Positions 27,201 to 42,200 of a DNA stretch of 64,000 nucleotides are shown in pieces. How positions within the stretch are numbered: the stretch's first letter is position 1; the number at the start of each line of letters is the position of its first letter. The DNA is from Fimbriosthenelais zetlandica (taxonomy: Eukaryota). The notes below the pieces were generated by a model. That model was not told the DNA's origin and made no database searches. It saw only the letters and a program-made list of their open reading frames with translations. The DNA lies in assembly GCA_977030845.1 (NCBI GenBank), contig OZ365112.1, positions 18,476,001-18,540,000 of the forward strand, written 5' to 3'. The translations under genes and the position numbers were made by a program.

Positions 27201-30200
27201 GAGAGACAGGCAACGCATGCACGCACGATCTGTGCATGTCTTAGGATGCCATGCACTTCTTGGTAGCCATCAAAAGTCAGTAAATGCGCCCACTAAGAGG
27301 TCAGTGGGCATCTCTCCAATGTACCCCTACACTCACTCGTCAGTCAAGCTCCATCCCACTGACCCCCATCCAACACTAAACAACCAAGATTCACAAAGAA
27401 AAACATCATTTCTTTACCAGAAAGAAAAATAAATACTTTGGTTCTAGATGAAAAAACTAGGTCTATGTTCTCCAGAAATACTCAAGGTATATAATTAGGA
27501 GTACTCTCTTATTTTAAGTTAATTAGAGAAACTCCAAGTAGTTCTCGAGATTAATATTCATTGCATAGTATCACTATTTTCAATGTCCATGATCGAAAGA
27601 GTTTTTGAACACAACCTGAAGGAGGGAGTTGTTAGGAGTTAGAAGAAATGGTGGTTGTTCCCCTGTCAACTAATATCATCGCCTAGGGCAGACTGGGAAG
27701 TATGCCTCTATGTATGGCCAGGAAAATCTAGCCATGGCGACGAGGTTTGGCACTAGGCTCCCCGACATTTCCCACTATATGTTAAAGTCTGCCCATATGA
27801 TTAGCACTAGCTGTGCCCACTTTGACTCCTGTCCCACCACTGGAGGTGCTAGTGATGGGGAGGAATGGATGGAGTACTATTACCACGAGTTGTCAGAGCT
27901 TCACAGGTAACCCCACCACCTGTACAACCAACCAGTTATAGTAACAACTATTTACCTTGATCACACTCTATGTCCCCCACCTTCAAAAACCACTACTCAA
28001 TGTCTTTTATAAAACCACTTGGCCCCTCCTCTTTTCAAGTGTTTTTTTGTGTAAATAACTCTACTGGGGGTTTCCTTATAAATGTGGTCCTTCATAATTA
28101 TTACGTTTTTTATTGCTACATTGAGGATCCATTCTAGGAGTTAAAGCTGGGCTATGGTGACTGCCCGGGACTGGGATTCTTTCATCTGTATGTGGATCTA
28201 TTAAGGTTGTGATATATGGGGATGGGGAGGGGGAGGGGGAGGGTGGGGTGGAGGGGGGTCTATTATACTAAGCCAGTCGTGTACCCAGCAGGGCTCCCAC
28301 AGGTGCCTGTTCATTGTGTATAGAGAAGATCGAGTCGCATCTTTGAGAGGGCTTTACCTGGGCTGGAGGGGAAGCGCGACAGGCCAGAGGACCGTGCAGA
28401 AATGGTGTACATCTGATCTCAATAATATGTATATGTAGCCTCCTAAATAAGCCACAGTTCCAGTGGTTATGAGAAATATAAACGTACAACAGTCCACAAC
28501 TATGCATTTTGAAGAATATGTACATATACCATCTAAATCTTAAGGATTGACGGATGCCTTCCACCCCTTGCTACCTTTAATACCCTTTCCATCAAGCCAC
28601 CCTACCTCCACCCCAGCAGCAACAATAAGCATTCTGTCGTTGATTTGTCACCTGAACTTAGCGCGATGACTAATGACGATGTCCCCCGCTAGGATGAGCT
28701 AGCTTTTTTATCACGTCACGATCTGACGTGAACATTGTTCGCCTAAGTCTTTCTAATGAACGGTTCTTACCCCCACACCACCGTAATGCCTGTAATCTAC
28801 ACACACTGGCCTTTCATATCGCTAGGCCAGGAGCAGAAAGTTTTTATGGAAATATCATATGACAGGGGATTATATAGCCTATATACATAGATGATTACAA
28901 ATATATTGTATGAATATTCTATAATATCGCCCGATATGACGTAGGGTTTCAAAATTGGGATGAAATGAAAATATAATTGAACACCCTCATCGGAAGAATA
29001 TTAAGCTTCCTATATGACATCAAGAATTAGGCGGAATACCGGTTTTGAAGGCGGAAGAGGTGTTGGCCGCATTGATATCAAGTTCATACAAACATATTCT
29101 CATGATTCACTGAAGAAGCCTCCCCTCCCTCCCTTAACATCCTCCCGCCCAGATATCAACCAAATCTCCCTTAATATGATGAGCAAGCCTGAGGTGTAGG
29201 GCTGATGTTGCCTGTAGCAGTGTAAAAGTTACAGGGGAGAAGGAGAATGTAAGGTGAAGACAGTAGTTTGGCCTTGTGTTTGATATGTCGGTGCCTCCAC
29301 ACACAGCGCCCCATACCAGCTCTCAGTATCGGGTCCATAGCCCCAGGCCAGAGTGGCTCGGAGCCACTCAAAGCACTGTTTACACATGTGTTGACTCGGT
29401 CCGCCCCACACCTCTGGCCCAGTCAGGGGGTCTATTCGGCTCCGTCTCTCAATCCCTCAAAGTGTGGTCACCAGATATTGTCTATTCTCTCCAGGCATTG
29501 CATGTGATATGGAAAATATCCAGACGTCATCTCTTACCTTATCACACGTCCATTCCCCTAAGCCTTACAGGGTAAAAAGGTGTTATATCTAACTAGGTGT
29601 TGGTGGTGGTTCACCTTACTCAAAACCTTATCACTGTGGATTAATGTTGGGACTTCTGTGGTTGGCATTGTAATGACTACTTAGCCTTTAAGATGGCCAC
29701 ATACCAATGCAAAATGTGAACCGTTTTTATCACAGATTTCAAACTGCCGCGATTACCTCAATAAGTGAATTAACATGGCTCTCATAGCACTAAACTTGTG
29801 AGGCAATAGATTTTTCCCCCCTTGACATTTTAAACATCCTACCAAGCCGCAAACAGTTTGAATAATTCAACACTATTTCCCGGCCTTAGCTTGTTCCCCC
29901 TAAACGTCTCTGACCCTTCTTTTTAATGGGTTTTAAGCAGCATTATATTATGTTTTCACCGCCATAATGAAGGATAGGAAAGTGGAGTGATCGACGAGTA
30001 CAAATATTTGCTAAGGAGGGATCATATTGAGGGGTGATACCGTATCAAAGGCGGAGCCAGGACGGGCGATACACGTGGGATAACCCTTAAGCAGGCTCCC
30101 TAGACTCTGATGGATCCAAGAAACATGGATAATAAATTTCCATGAGGTAATCAACACCATTAGGGATCATGACCAAGCAGATGAGGTCTCAAGGTGTGAG

Positions 30201-33200
30201 GTGAGACAGTCAGGGGTATCTGTCTAACTGTCGTCGGCTCGTCGTGGGAGGGTGGGTGTGATAAGCGGGTGGTCCCACACACAAATGATGTGTGAAGAAC
30301 AAAGGCCAAACCCTGCTCATCTGACCTGGTGGATACAGGATAGGTAAGGCGGAGGCAAAGGTCGGGATGAACTGACCCAACTTTACGAAAATGCAAGTCC
30401 CATGTAGGTCAGAATAGAGGAAGTTTTGTGGGTTATTAATACGTTCCATTTTTGGTCCATACTATACGACATACAGGATGCTAAGTATATCAAACACATG
30501 ATGATTATCATCACAAGAATCCCACGCTTCACAATATCTCCTGTTATTCATATCATGTCTTTCAAAGAGAAACAAAAGCAATGCCCCACATTCATCCTGT
30601 CTTTTTTTACTGGTGTGAACCAGGAATTAAGCCCGTGGGATATATCACGATGTCACTCTGTGATTTACTTCCCATTGTATCATCAAAAGGGAATTTTCTT
30701 TGTATGTGCGTAAGTTGGGTAAAAGGATGAAATAATCCTATCTGACAGTATTAGTTGAGTTTGATTCAGGGGTGAACGCACTAACGGTTATGTCCAGGGT
30801 TCAGAGTCTGCCAATAGTATTATAACCCTGATCATTAGGAGGTAAGAACAGGGTGGTGGGTGGGTGGGGGTATAAACTGTGATTGAGCGGGGGGTGGGGG
30901 GTTGGAATGGTCGGGGATGATTTCTTTAGGTCGGCCTCGAGCCACACGCACTGTGATCTGGCAGTGTGCCCACCTGAAGACGAGGGAAAGCACATCTCTA
31001 TCAAATAGAGCAGGAAATGATTGGTCCCACCAAGACGTCGTCTGCGCATGCTCCCAGGCAGCCACGTCCAATCAACTCACGCCAAAGAGGCACGTGATGA
31101 CCGGGAAAAGGGATTGATATAAAGCTACAGCGACAGATATTAATACACAGCACTTAAGGCTTAGTGTGGCGATCATTCAGATGGAACGAAGCAACTTTTT
31201 GCACCCATTTCTGCTAAGTAACAGCCTGGGCATGATCATCGCCCAGCAATCTGTCTCGTTAGAGTCAAAATATCCGCAGCACATAACAGATTCCTTACAT
31301 TTAATTGGCGGATGTGTTACATGAACTCGTTAGACATTCAAAGCGTGTTGGTAAGATATTCTTCATATGAGCAAAAAGATGGTGATTTAATGTGAAGTTG
31401 TGTGGTCTCGATAACACCATCTAGAAAGTAGGTGAATATTTGGTTAAATCTGATGTGGGGTTCAGATGACTTACCCCCCACCAACACCACATAATCTTGG
31501 TCTTGATTTATATCAGACCTGAAGGTTATTGTCTCTCGTTCGCTTGATACCAATGGCGAGGGGTCAGGAAGTGTCGGGTCTACTGTAGAACCACAACAAG
31601 GATATATCATGGGTCATCCCCCCGACCTCGGCAAGTACCGAATCTGTCAGGTCACAGTCTGGCGACTCTCAAGTGGCTATATATATATTGACGTGCCACT
31701 CGCCTTCAATGGCAACCTGATGTTAAATCTATTTGAATATCACTGACACTGTGCGACCATAAAGTAACATGTCTGTTTGTATTCTCGTTGATAATATTTG
31801 TGTTACAGCGATAACACTGTTATAAGTCCAGCTTTATCTCACTAAGAGAAAGAAGGGGGCGTTGCCATATTGTCTTATTGGCACCATACCCAAAGGTAAA
31901 AATCTACCATTCCCTAGCTTCCCCCTTGAAATTTCCCAAGCTCAGTTCACTTTTCTAAACTGTATCCTTTGCCCCCGCTTGATGTATATGATCTGTACTC
32001 GTGCTGAGTCAATGGTAGAGAATTTGACAGTGGTGGAGGTTGCCTAAGAGAGGAGTTCCCCCCGTCCCACCTTTCTCCAGGAAAACCAAGTGACACTTTG
32101 GATCCTAATGGGTAAATAACACAAGGCAGAGATGAGTGACTATTTACCAAGTCCGTGTTGAAGCCTATCAAAGTGACAGTATAGGGCTGATATATTCACC
32201 AATCTTTGACCTTACACTGATACTCTATCTCTCTATCTCAGACCCCTCATCTAAGCCACTCCTGTCAGTCCAAAAGTACGACAAACTGTTGGGAAACCTT
32301 AAAAGGCGCTTTGACCACGAAAATGGTCAATACAATAGACAATTGACAGAGGTTTAATAAAATGAGACACGAGCTCATTAAGATATACAAAAGTGGGTCA
32401 GCCATGGTCTAGGAAGCATTGAAGACTGTTAGTGTTAAGAGATGATATCACAATAGGCAATTAGCCACTGATCATATCTGCACCAAGGTCATGATATAGA
32501 ACTGTCAGATTTGATGAAAATACTTATTTGACATAAGTAGATTTGTAGAGAATAGTTGATGGTTACAAGCAGTTTTAAGATCCGTCCCAAGTTGTTTATA
32601 TTATTGAGGCAATACATTACTATTTGTCTGATAAAAGTGATGTGACCATGATTCAATCATAGTTATCAAGTGCCGCCAGCTATAAGTCTGATAGAGTGAT
32701 AGGTATGAATCATTCAAAGTGACATGCGACACTTAACAGTAGCACCAGGACAGGGCCAGATAACAAAGGAAATGCAACAGCAGAATCACCTCCAAAACCC
32801 GTCAATCATATCCATCTTGAAATGATAGAAATAAACAATGCCAACGTTTTGTACTGTGACCATCTGAAGTGTATTTCTGGGTGGCAGTGGACCACAATAA
32901 CAGAAGTCACACTGGGTCATTCCAACATTTCCAACTAAATCAAAATGTGTTATAAGGTGACTCAATTGCACATTTTTTATTTTGCAGATGTCAATCTCTA
33001 ATAATAGTATTTATCTATTATTTCATATAGGTTTCCTCTATAGACTTCGCCCTGGTGGAAGTAATGCAGACAAATATCGATCAGGCGGGAAGACATCCCA
33101 AATTTACACATGAGTGTAGTGTATTGGGGTCAGTGTTTACCTGGCGAGGTGTCAAACACGAGCCAGTGGTCAGTCACGGTGTGTAGCCAGGTATTTGTGT

Positions 33201-36200
33201 GCTAAACAAATGACTTCCCTCACACCTACAGCTGATCAATAAGCTGCAATATTTATCATAGTGTTTCACAGAAACGCTGGCTATGGGTAATGCTATGAAT
33301 AACCAATTAAGTGCACATCTTTTCATGGATGACTTCAGAATTGAAAGTCAATTTCTATATTATGAACCTCCTATTCCACTTGATTTTGATTTTGGATGGT
33401 CCCTTGATAAAGTTATACTTTGGCTACTATAGTACAGCCGGGGAAAGGTAATACAAATACCTGTTTGCCTATCAACAAATGCCACAGGTACAACCCGGAT
33501 ATACACGGTGCTAAATTAGTGATTTACGATTCTACTCAGCACCAATGTGACCACAATAGTCTGATCAGAGTACTTAGAGGACACAACTCTAACCAGCCAG
33601 GTCACGGACTCGTATATAAATATAAAACTTTACTTTATGTGCACATCTTATCTATATTGTGAATAGGTCATCAGACATTTCAGGTTAAAAACTTACAAAC
33701 TGTACTTAAGAACTCTGATATACCTTTATGCATATTTTGCATGTCATGACATAACTGATAAAAATGGCAATTGAAAATAATCTCGTGTATGAAAACATTA
33801 AAACTGAACCCTGCCCCATTTCCCATTAGGCCGTATATATTAGAGAGATCCTCTGAAGGAAGCCATAAATTGGAGGGAACGATGAAGTACTTGGTGATAA
33901 TTACTGTAAGGATACCCCTGATAGCTGATGAACTCTGATATATAAACCAAGACATTACCAATTTGACAGAGTGCAAGGTGTCGGGGATCTAGACTATAGT
34001 GCAAATGACATAGACTGGGGGGTCGGGGTGGGGAGCGTTGATCCAACGCCTAAGGGAGGAAGCCCCCAACAGTTAAGAGATCGTGTCTTTTGATCTTCAT
34101 ACGAGAAGGATCGCGCCTTTCTCCTTAATTGGAAACTTGACGAAGGTCATAAGATGTGATCCACTGGTGAGTGACTCGCGAGTAATTCAATTCCCGAGTA
34201 ATACAATACAGAGGGTGAGCAGGGTGAAGGCAGTGTGATCTAGGCTCTCCTCCTGCCCCAGGTTCAACCTGTTAAGAGTTTGATTACGACCAATGAGATA
34301 CCCGCAATCACATACAATCCGAGACGAGATGCGACAACGTAATAACAAATTCCAAACACCCGAGATGCAACTTCCGGGTAGAAGATCAAGCCAGAAGACC
34401 AAAAAAGATAGTCCATATTATCGCCACCATCCTTACTGGCCTACTTGTGACTTTAATTTACCAAGACTGCACAAAATGATGAGCAACCATTTCTCACAGA
34501 TCCATTGGTAATCAATACTTTTTGGAATGACCCCAGGAGGAGGCGCGGGATGTAGGTCAGGGTCAGGGCCGGGACCAAGGCCACTACCTGCCTTGTCAAT
34601 GATAGGCTGGGTTCAATACTCAACTGGTCAATACCCATAAGTGGGCTGCGTCAGAGCTTTATTCTATCCATTAAAATAAACAATCCCAGGGAATATACAA
34701 CATTCAAGAACAAACAATTTCCCCAAAGAGGAGCGTTCTTTCATCCTGAAAACCCATCATTTATTGAATGAGTCGGATCCTTTTAAACCGCAGAGGAATA
34801 TAATATATCATACTCCTTCAGGTCCTCCAGAACTGTTTTATTTAATTTTGACTGCCTTTCCCTTCTAGTCCTTCTGCGGGTGATATTTTATCAAGTGGTC
34901 CAATCTAGCATCATAAGAAATGACCAGGGGCGAAATGTGAGATTGTGAACAGGTTTTATTGAGTCCCCCCTCATCAAGTTTTCATGTAAGTATGTCACCC
35001 AGCCATGTATAAAAGAGGATCCTAGCTAAGGTAGACTATGTCACATCTCACTATCAAGTTACCAATGTGCATGACCCTGACAATAAGACAGCTGTCGCTG
35101 GGGAGCCCTCCATCTCTCCCTGAGATTTACAACTTATTGTATCTATATATATTAAGTTTCATGGCCAGGCTGGGATCTAGGTATGGGGAGGTTCATGTTA
35201 TAAAGTGAATGATTGATATTTTGTTGGTTTACTTCAGCTGAAGACAGGTAAGCTGGGATAGAGGAGGGTGGACCTGAAAATGCTGTTCTTATACATTTCT
35301 AGCCCACTCCTGACAAATAAACCGTGAAAAACATATCTAATGGAAAAATAACTTTACACAGGGCTTTCCTTCTCTAGAGTACCGGGCTAATGTACGGGAA
35401 TGTACATTTATTACGATCAAGGACATGGCTTTGCATAAATTACCAGCAGAAATGAATTCTGGTCGACTGAAACGCGGAATTTTTAACATCCCTCGATGTA
35501 TACGAATGGGTTTTTTAATTGCTAATACCATTCTGTACTGAAGTCTCAAGTGCTATGGATTGTCCATAGGTCTATCCTCACATTTCCTCACACTTTCTAC
35601 GGGCCCTTTTCCTAACATTTGAAAAGCAGAATGAATTCCTTTGAGGGAGCTAGAAAAAGCTCCCCTGCAGGGGGGCTTATAGAACGCGCCTGTAGCTCGT
35701 CAATTTAGACTAAACACCTCAATTGTGACGGGGCTGCCCGTGAAAGACTATCTTGTCTCTTCATGCTGAGGACGCTGGACCCGATGACGTAACCATCTAA
35801 CGGATCGGACGTCCGAGATGAGTTCAAACGTCAACTGTCAGGCTGACGATCCTCATTCACTAACAACATCCAGCCCAAAGATGTTACGTGCTTACTGTAG
35901 CCACGGTGACAGGGTTTAGCATCTCTAGCCGCGGGGGATCGGGCCCTCTTACCTGTCAATCACCTGTATGTTTGTTTCACTAATGGCCGCCTGGTATAGG
36001 GGTGTATATGTGGGTCTGTGGGAACGGTCGTTAGTGGCGTAGGCGGTTGGACTCCCCGCGCGCACTCCCCGCCTAAGATCAGATTGTGTTCCTTCCAATT
36101 ATCCCCTCACATATTTAATCAGCAGTTAGAAATTCAAACTCTCCAAACTGTAATTCAAATACGAAAGTTTGCACATAAGATACATTGATATGGCTTGGTA

Positions 36201-39200
36201 ACTCCGACAAAATTGACTCTTCAACTTTGGATAAGATAACTGAATATATTATTGAAATTATGAGCAAGGGGAACTTCAGCATTGTCCCAATTTACGTGAT
36301 ACGAATACTAATCTTATTCCTAAATTAATATGTAGATCATTAATGTAGAACCAACTTTTGATTAATTAAATTAGAGGTATGGTCCTCACCCCTAGAGCAG
36401 CAAGAAGTGTATGGGTAAAAATAGTTCAGAAGCACTTGAAGGACCAAATCCCCCGTCATTAAATTGATGGAATGGGTGGAAACCTTCAAAGATTATAGGC
36501 TCAAGTTGGTCTAAGAGGTTGGGTGCGAAGCCCCAATAGCCATGTTCTTTTATATAACTTTTAAGTTGTCAGAGGTCGGAATCTTGGGGACGTTGGGGAC
36601 TGAGGGTCATGGTTGACTGGACCTGTTTACTGTCAGACACAGGGAATCAAACAAAATGGCATTGAGAGAGCTTCACGTTGTGGACTGTCAGGTACTTAGC
36701 TGACGTTAAGTCCAAGCCACAACCATCTCAGGTATCCCGCGCCAGGCCAGCTAGAGGGGCGGGCGGAGGGCAAGTGGTGTATTTAGTGACCACTCTGTAT
36801 AGCATTAATGTCAAGGTCTGAGAAGCCAGCAGGAACTGACCACTCGATGACCAGTGAGACCAAGTTTAAACTTGACCCACTTGGCCACATACGTAATATA
36901 CTGGGAATCAATTTGGACACGCAAGGAAGGCATACTATTGATAACTTATGGACTTTAATGAATGGTCTCCATAAAAGGGCATAAATGGCTCAATATGTTA
37001 TACGCCTTTCAGTTCCAAAGACAATGTCAAAATGACATAATTTATTTAGAAATGTTGAGAGATCAAGCTTTCCACAATACACTGTTTACCAGTTCCAGCT
37101 CCTTTTCCATACACACATACAAAGGTAAAAGAAATAGTAGCAGCCTTCAAAGGTACATCCTGGAATTGCTTGTTGCAACATTCTCTAGCAAGGATGGAAT
37201 TCCCAGCTGCACGCGAGCACCCCCACACACATGCAATCCTCCAGAGCAGTGTGTGCGCACTGGTTTTCTACGAGCGCCAGTCATGCGTGCGTGCTTAGTG
37301 AATGTGTAGTACATTGAACACATATGCTGGCCCTTCGTTCCCCCTCCCTATCACGAATTTCCCGACAATAGTGCCGCACTAACATCACTCAGTGGTGAAA
37401 ACGGGGTCCCAACTGTCAAAGCCACAGTCAAATCGGTCCCAAAACAAAGATTTCAAACGGCAACTAATGGGCCCTGTTGCATGCGTCCTAGTTATGTGTG
37501 AGGCACATTTCGCTACAACCAAAATCAGCTTTTGTCTCCACTAAAAACAGGTGTTCCAACCACACAACTGCTATTGATGAAGGCTGTAATTTTTGGAACT
37601 GGTAGAGATTTTTTACATCCTTCCTCTCTTTTGGTGACAAAAGATGGAGAGGCAGTGAAGCGCGGCATTTTGTGGCTGGCTTATGATTGGCTAGCTAAAC
37701 GATGTTTGCCTCTTTCATGTGGGCAGGGAAACCGTGATTTGGGGGATTTTCGATGTCAGCATCAGAATATAGCACTTTGTGACTGAATGACAACAGTTAA
37801 TGTCAGCGATTAATGGTGAAGGTGTCCTATTATTGCCTCAGTGAATGAAGCAAAAACAAAATGATGAAAGTTAAATTAAATCAATTATCTCCCTCATTGC
37901 AAGTACCCATATCGAAGCATGTATTTTGTGGTGAGCAAGATGCTCCTGAAAATCATGGCATAGATCTTATACCACAAAGAGAATGCTCGGCGACAGGAAC
38001 ATCCTAGCAAACACATGAAATATGAGGACTTGAATCGCTGTCTTAATGGCACAAACGTCCCACTTCATTCCAATTCAAAAACAGCGAGGCAACTCAAAGG
38101 GGGACTTAATGCCAGTTTGTTTAGGCCATTTAAATTCGGAAACCCTCTTTATTACAGTCAGAAATTGACTTGGATGAATATCAAATGGAGTTGAGTGAAT
38201 TGTCCTTTCTGGCCAGGACTGGAGAACAATATTTGAGAGGCATTAGCATGGAGATCTTACATTTAAAAGTGCATCGGCCACAATCGTTTATGTCCAGCTA
38301 TTCATCCCCGGCAATGATCTTACTGTGCATCTGTGGAGGTAAACAATCGCTAGCAAGCAGCATGACGCGATATGCAGACCAATTACCAGTTATAACTCAG
38401 TCTCTATCTCCCGGATGCTGGAGATGGTACGAACAATGTCATTCCATCAGGTTCTAACCATGCATGATGCCACTGACATCATTTGAAAACTCATGTGAAC
38501 ATCTTTAAGAGATGCAAATGCTTTTTTTTTGTATTTGTACTGAATGGTGTATATATACAATACACTCCACGATAAAAAAATTAAAACATATTCTTAATCC
38601 GGAGTGATTCCTCATATATATTATAATAGAAACAGGAGAAATGTGAATACACCCACACTACAGTAACTGCCTCATACCCTCCTCATGAAGCATACGCCCA
38701 TCTTTGCGGAACCTGTGGCCTCTCGCGACCGCCTTTGAAGTCGGAGATATTGCGTTTTAATATCCAGAAATATAAGCCACACGCCCATTACCGGAGGCAA
38801 GCAGGAGAGATGGCCGAGATGGGTCTAGCCCTGTACAATGGTGGGGGGTGTTCATGTATATGGGTGGGTGGGGGCAGAGAACGCTGGAGGGCGAGGTTTT
38901 AGAAGGGTCAAATGAATCCAAGGTAACAGGTATACGGAAATATCCAAGAATCACCCAATCTAACATGTAGTCATGTTGACTTTGTGCTTTGAGTGAAACG
39001 CAATGCGATGTAAAGTCAATCGTCACGTTTCTGACGATTGATGCGCGTCTCTTCAACGGCTTTAAATAAATCCAATTATCATTGTCATTTGATGAGGGAG
39101 GGCATGTAGGTGGGGGTATAAGATGGGGGGACCTCCTACCTGTGGCGGCCAGATTTATCCCTCCACCTACTGACCCCATCCCACTAACGCCCGTCGTGTT

Positions 39201-42200
39201 TAGCCTATCATTTCTCTAACATCTCCTGCCCGGTCATCTCCATGCACACCAGTTTAGTTGTCAGCGCCGCCGCGGGGTCGCGCGCGTGTCGCGACCTTTG
39301 AACCGGAAGGGTTTGTCTTACGAATGGCGGTCTCCGATCGGGTGTGGTGCGATGGGAGTGACTTGGACTGTTGTGTCTACATACGAAGTCGATTGACAGG
39401 CACAGGAGAGCAAAGTGACAGCTTCAGCTGAAGTGGAAAAAAACTCGAGCAAAACTCGAGGCAAAGCTGAAAACACAGCTCCTCAAACTGCCATCATCTC
39501 AAGATGGAGAAAAAAAGAGATCATTTTACCATAGGGATGATATATTTTGGACCCAGGTGGTCATTTTAATGCCAACATGCTGTGATTTCCACCAACCTCT
39601 CTACTTTCTGTCCCTGTAAAAATAGCTTCTGATGAGGTTATCAGGACGCAATAGTCAGATCCAACTAACATCTTGGGTCCATGATGTTATAAACCATTCA
39701 AAGTTTTTCCAGCTTTAATGGTGTTGTTGAATGTCTGGGGGTGGCTGGCTATATTATAGCGAGTGGTGGCGTGTCCACCATGTGTGGGTTGAGAACTGAC
39801 CCATGGACTGGAGGAGAGCATACCTCGTGTGACTGGGTGATGTACATCACCTGTAAGGTGATTAAAGTTGAACCAGGTGAAAAGACACCTGGATGAAGTA
39901 ATCTGGCACCAGATACACTCACTACATGCTCAAGGTGAGAGAACATGGGGTGCACGAACGACATCTGAACTGAGCATGTACTTACATATAATCTAGTGAT
40001 TAAAAATCTCTATCACATCTTCATGTCTGTTTTTGACTCCATTTATAGATAGTGATCGACCACAAAACATGCATGACGGCGCCACGCCCCGCACTGACGC
40101 ATACTGCACTATCACTGTACAACAAAGACCACACTCTAACGCTACTTGTTTTCCACGGATCTAAGATTCCACTTTTACAACATTCTATTTTTTTCTGATA
40201 TATGGGATTCCGACATCAGATATACAAATGATCAACTCAAGTAGGACTGGGAAGATATGAAGTTAAACCAAAAGATTAAATATACATTTCGAGAAGCTAG
40301 CCACTAGAATTGTGACCGCTTACAAGGTGGGAAAATGGTGAATTAACCTCTGGGATTAGGCTCAAGTTGGCCTCCAATTCTCCCCTCCAAACCAGCTGCT
40401 TATCAAGGTATGGGCACTTGTGTCATGAGGCAAGGGGAAGAGCAGGCAAGGAGAGGGCTAGCTGATGGCTTCATTTCCTCAATGCCCATTCTCCCTCTAT
40501 CCATTCCAGGATATGGAACAGATAGCAATTTACTAGGGACTGCCCCATCTATGGAAGATGATATTACTGAAACATATTATAATCCCCTGAGGATAATATA
40601 TGTATTCATATTAACAGTAATCTAAGCTCTATCTGCTCTTGAATATATTCTCAGTAATTGAATGAGTACTAAATATACAGCCGGGCAGGTAATAGAAAGT
40701 GGGAAGGGAGAAAAATTGAAGAGGTACTTGTTATTCCCGATGAAAACGCAGTGCAAGTTGCACTGGAAAAAACACGACGTGGACAACAATACATCACATT
40801 ACGTAGAACAAGGTCCCAATGGTTGCAAATAATTCCGACATTTCCTCCTCTTTTTAACACTCATTGGTGTTTTTTCATCGTCAACACTATTTCAGTGTAG
40901 AGCTTTTGTGAGATCGCAATCCACACTGATTCTCGGACAAGGGGGAGGAATGAGGCAGAGAGAAGGCACTTGGAGCCAGTCCGTGTGCTTATTGTACACC
41001 TATTAGGCTCTCAGTGAGCACACCCCCCCCCCCCACCTCCACATCCCAATGCTTCCCCAACTTGATGTTCCTCCCCCTAATACACCGCACCCACAGACAC
41101 CTACTAAGCAAACTGAGATATATCTAAACTTCATCCACCGAGCCTTCACAACCCACTTTATTAAGAGTTCCGAAAAAAAGATCGAAAACATCCAAGAAAT
41201 TTGTCCTCGTGGAAGCTCAGAGAAGAAGCATCTTGGGATACAGGAATTTGCAGTTGAAATAACAGAATGCATGTATGACATTTCACATTTCATTCGCGGG
41301 CCAGAATTCTGTAAGAGAGCGAACCGTTCCTCTTCAAGTGTCGATCAAATACTAATTAAATCTCACAAGTGTTCGCTGGAAGCTTTTTTTCAGCCAGAGA
41401 TCCATTTCCGAGATTTCAACTCAAGCCAGGGAATGGCAGACTCGGTCAATTTGGATCCTGTAGCATGGTGTGCGTTATATAAAGCGGGGGTTTAAAATAT
41501 TCATGTTGTTCAATGTTAATAAGTTCCATGTGAAATAATAAGCTTGAGGCCAGAGACACCCCCACCAGCTGAGAGTGGCAGCTCCTCCATTGTAACAACT
41601 CTCCCCAACCAGCGGATAATCACTTTGAGTTAACATAAGGATTCACAAATCTTGTCCTTGCAGCCATGTTGTTTGTCTTGGGCTTTGAATTCCATCTCGC
41701 TTCAGGTGAGTTGCTTGTACAAATATTAACCGGCGGCCGGCCCGCCCGGGGCTACAGGGCTTTGTCGCGGGTGGCGCGCGAGACGCGCTCAAGCTGGATC
41801 ATCTGACGCGGCAAGTAGCAGACGACATTTGGGCAGTACTCACTTTCCATGGGTGCGCGAGCTAACCCATTGTTTCTCTCAATGAGACGAGCGTGTGTTA
41901 GAGGTTCTGGGTTCTATTGTATTCACGAGTCTGAGTGTGTCAGTTTGGAGGAGGTGTGTCCTGCTATGTTACCCATCTCGTTACATGGTGAGCGGACGTG
42001 ACCCAGGACAGACCAGGCCCCCCTCCTCACCAGGACCTCCATCACCATAGCCCTTCAATCACCAATTAATGCCCGTTAATTAATTAAACGGCAATAATGA
42101 ACACCTCACAAGAGCACCAGGATCTTTTAAAAGGACTATTGGTCAACTCTTTACTTTCTTGACAGATTTGGTCGCAGTCCTAGTTCTTAATTCACATTAC

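Noticed and set aside
41049-41495. 148-aa ORF beginning MLPQL, superficially like vertebrate TCF MPQL
   Set aside because: Wrong strand and no further similarity.
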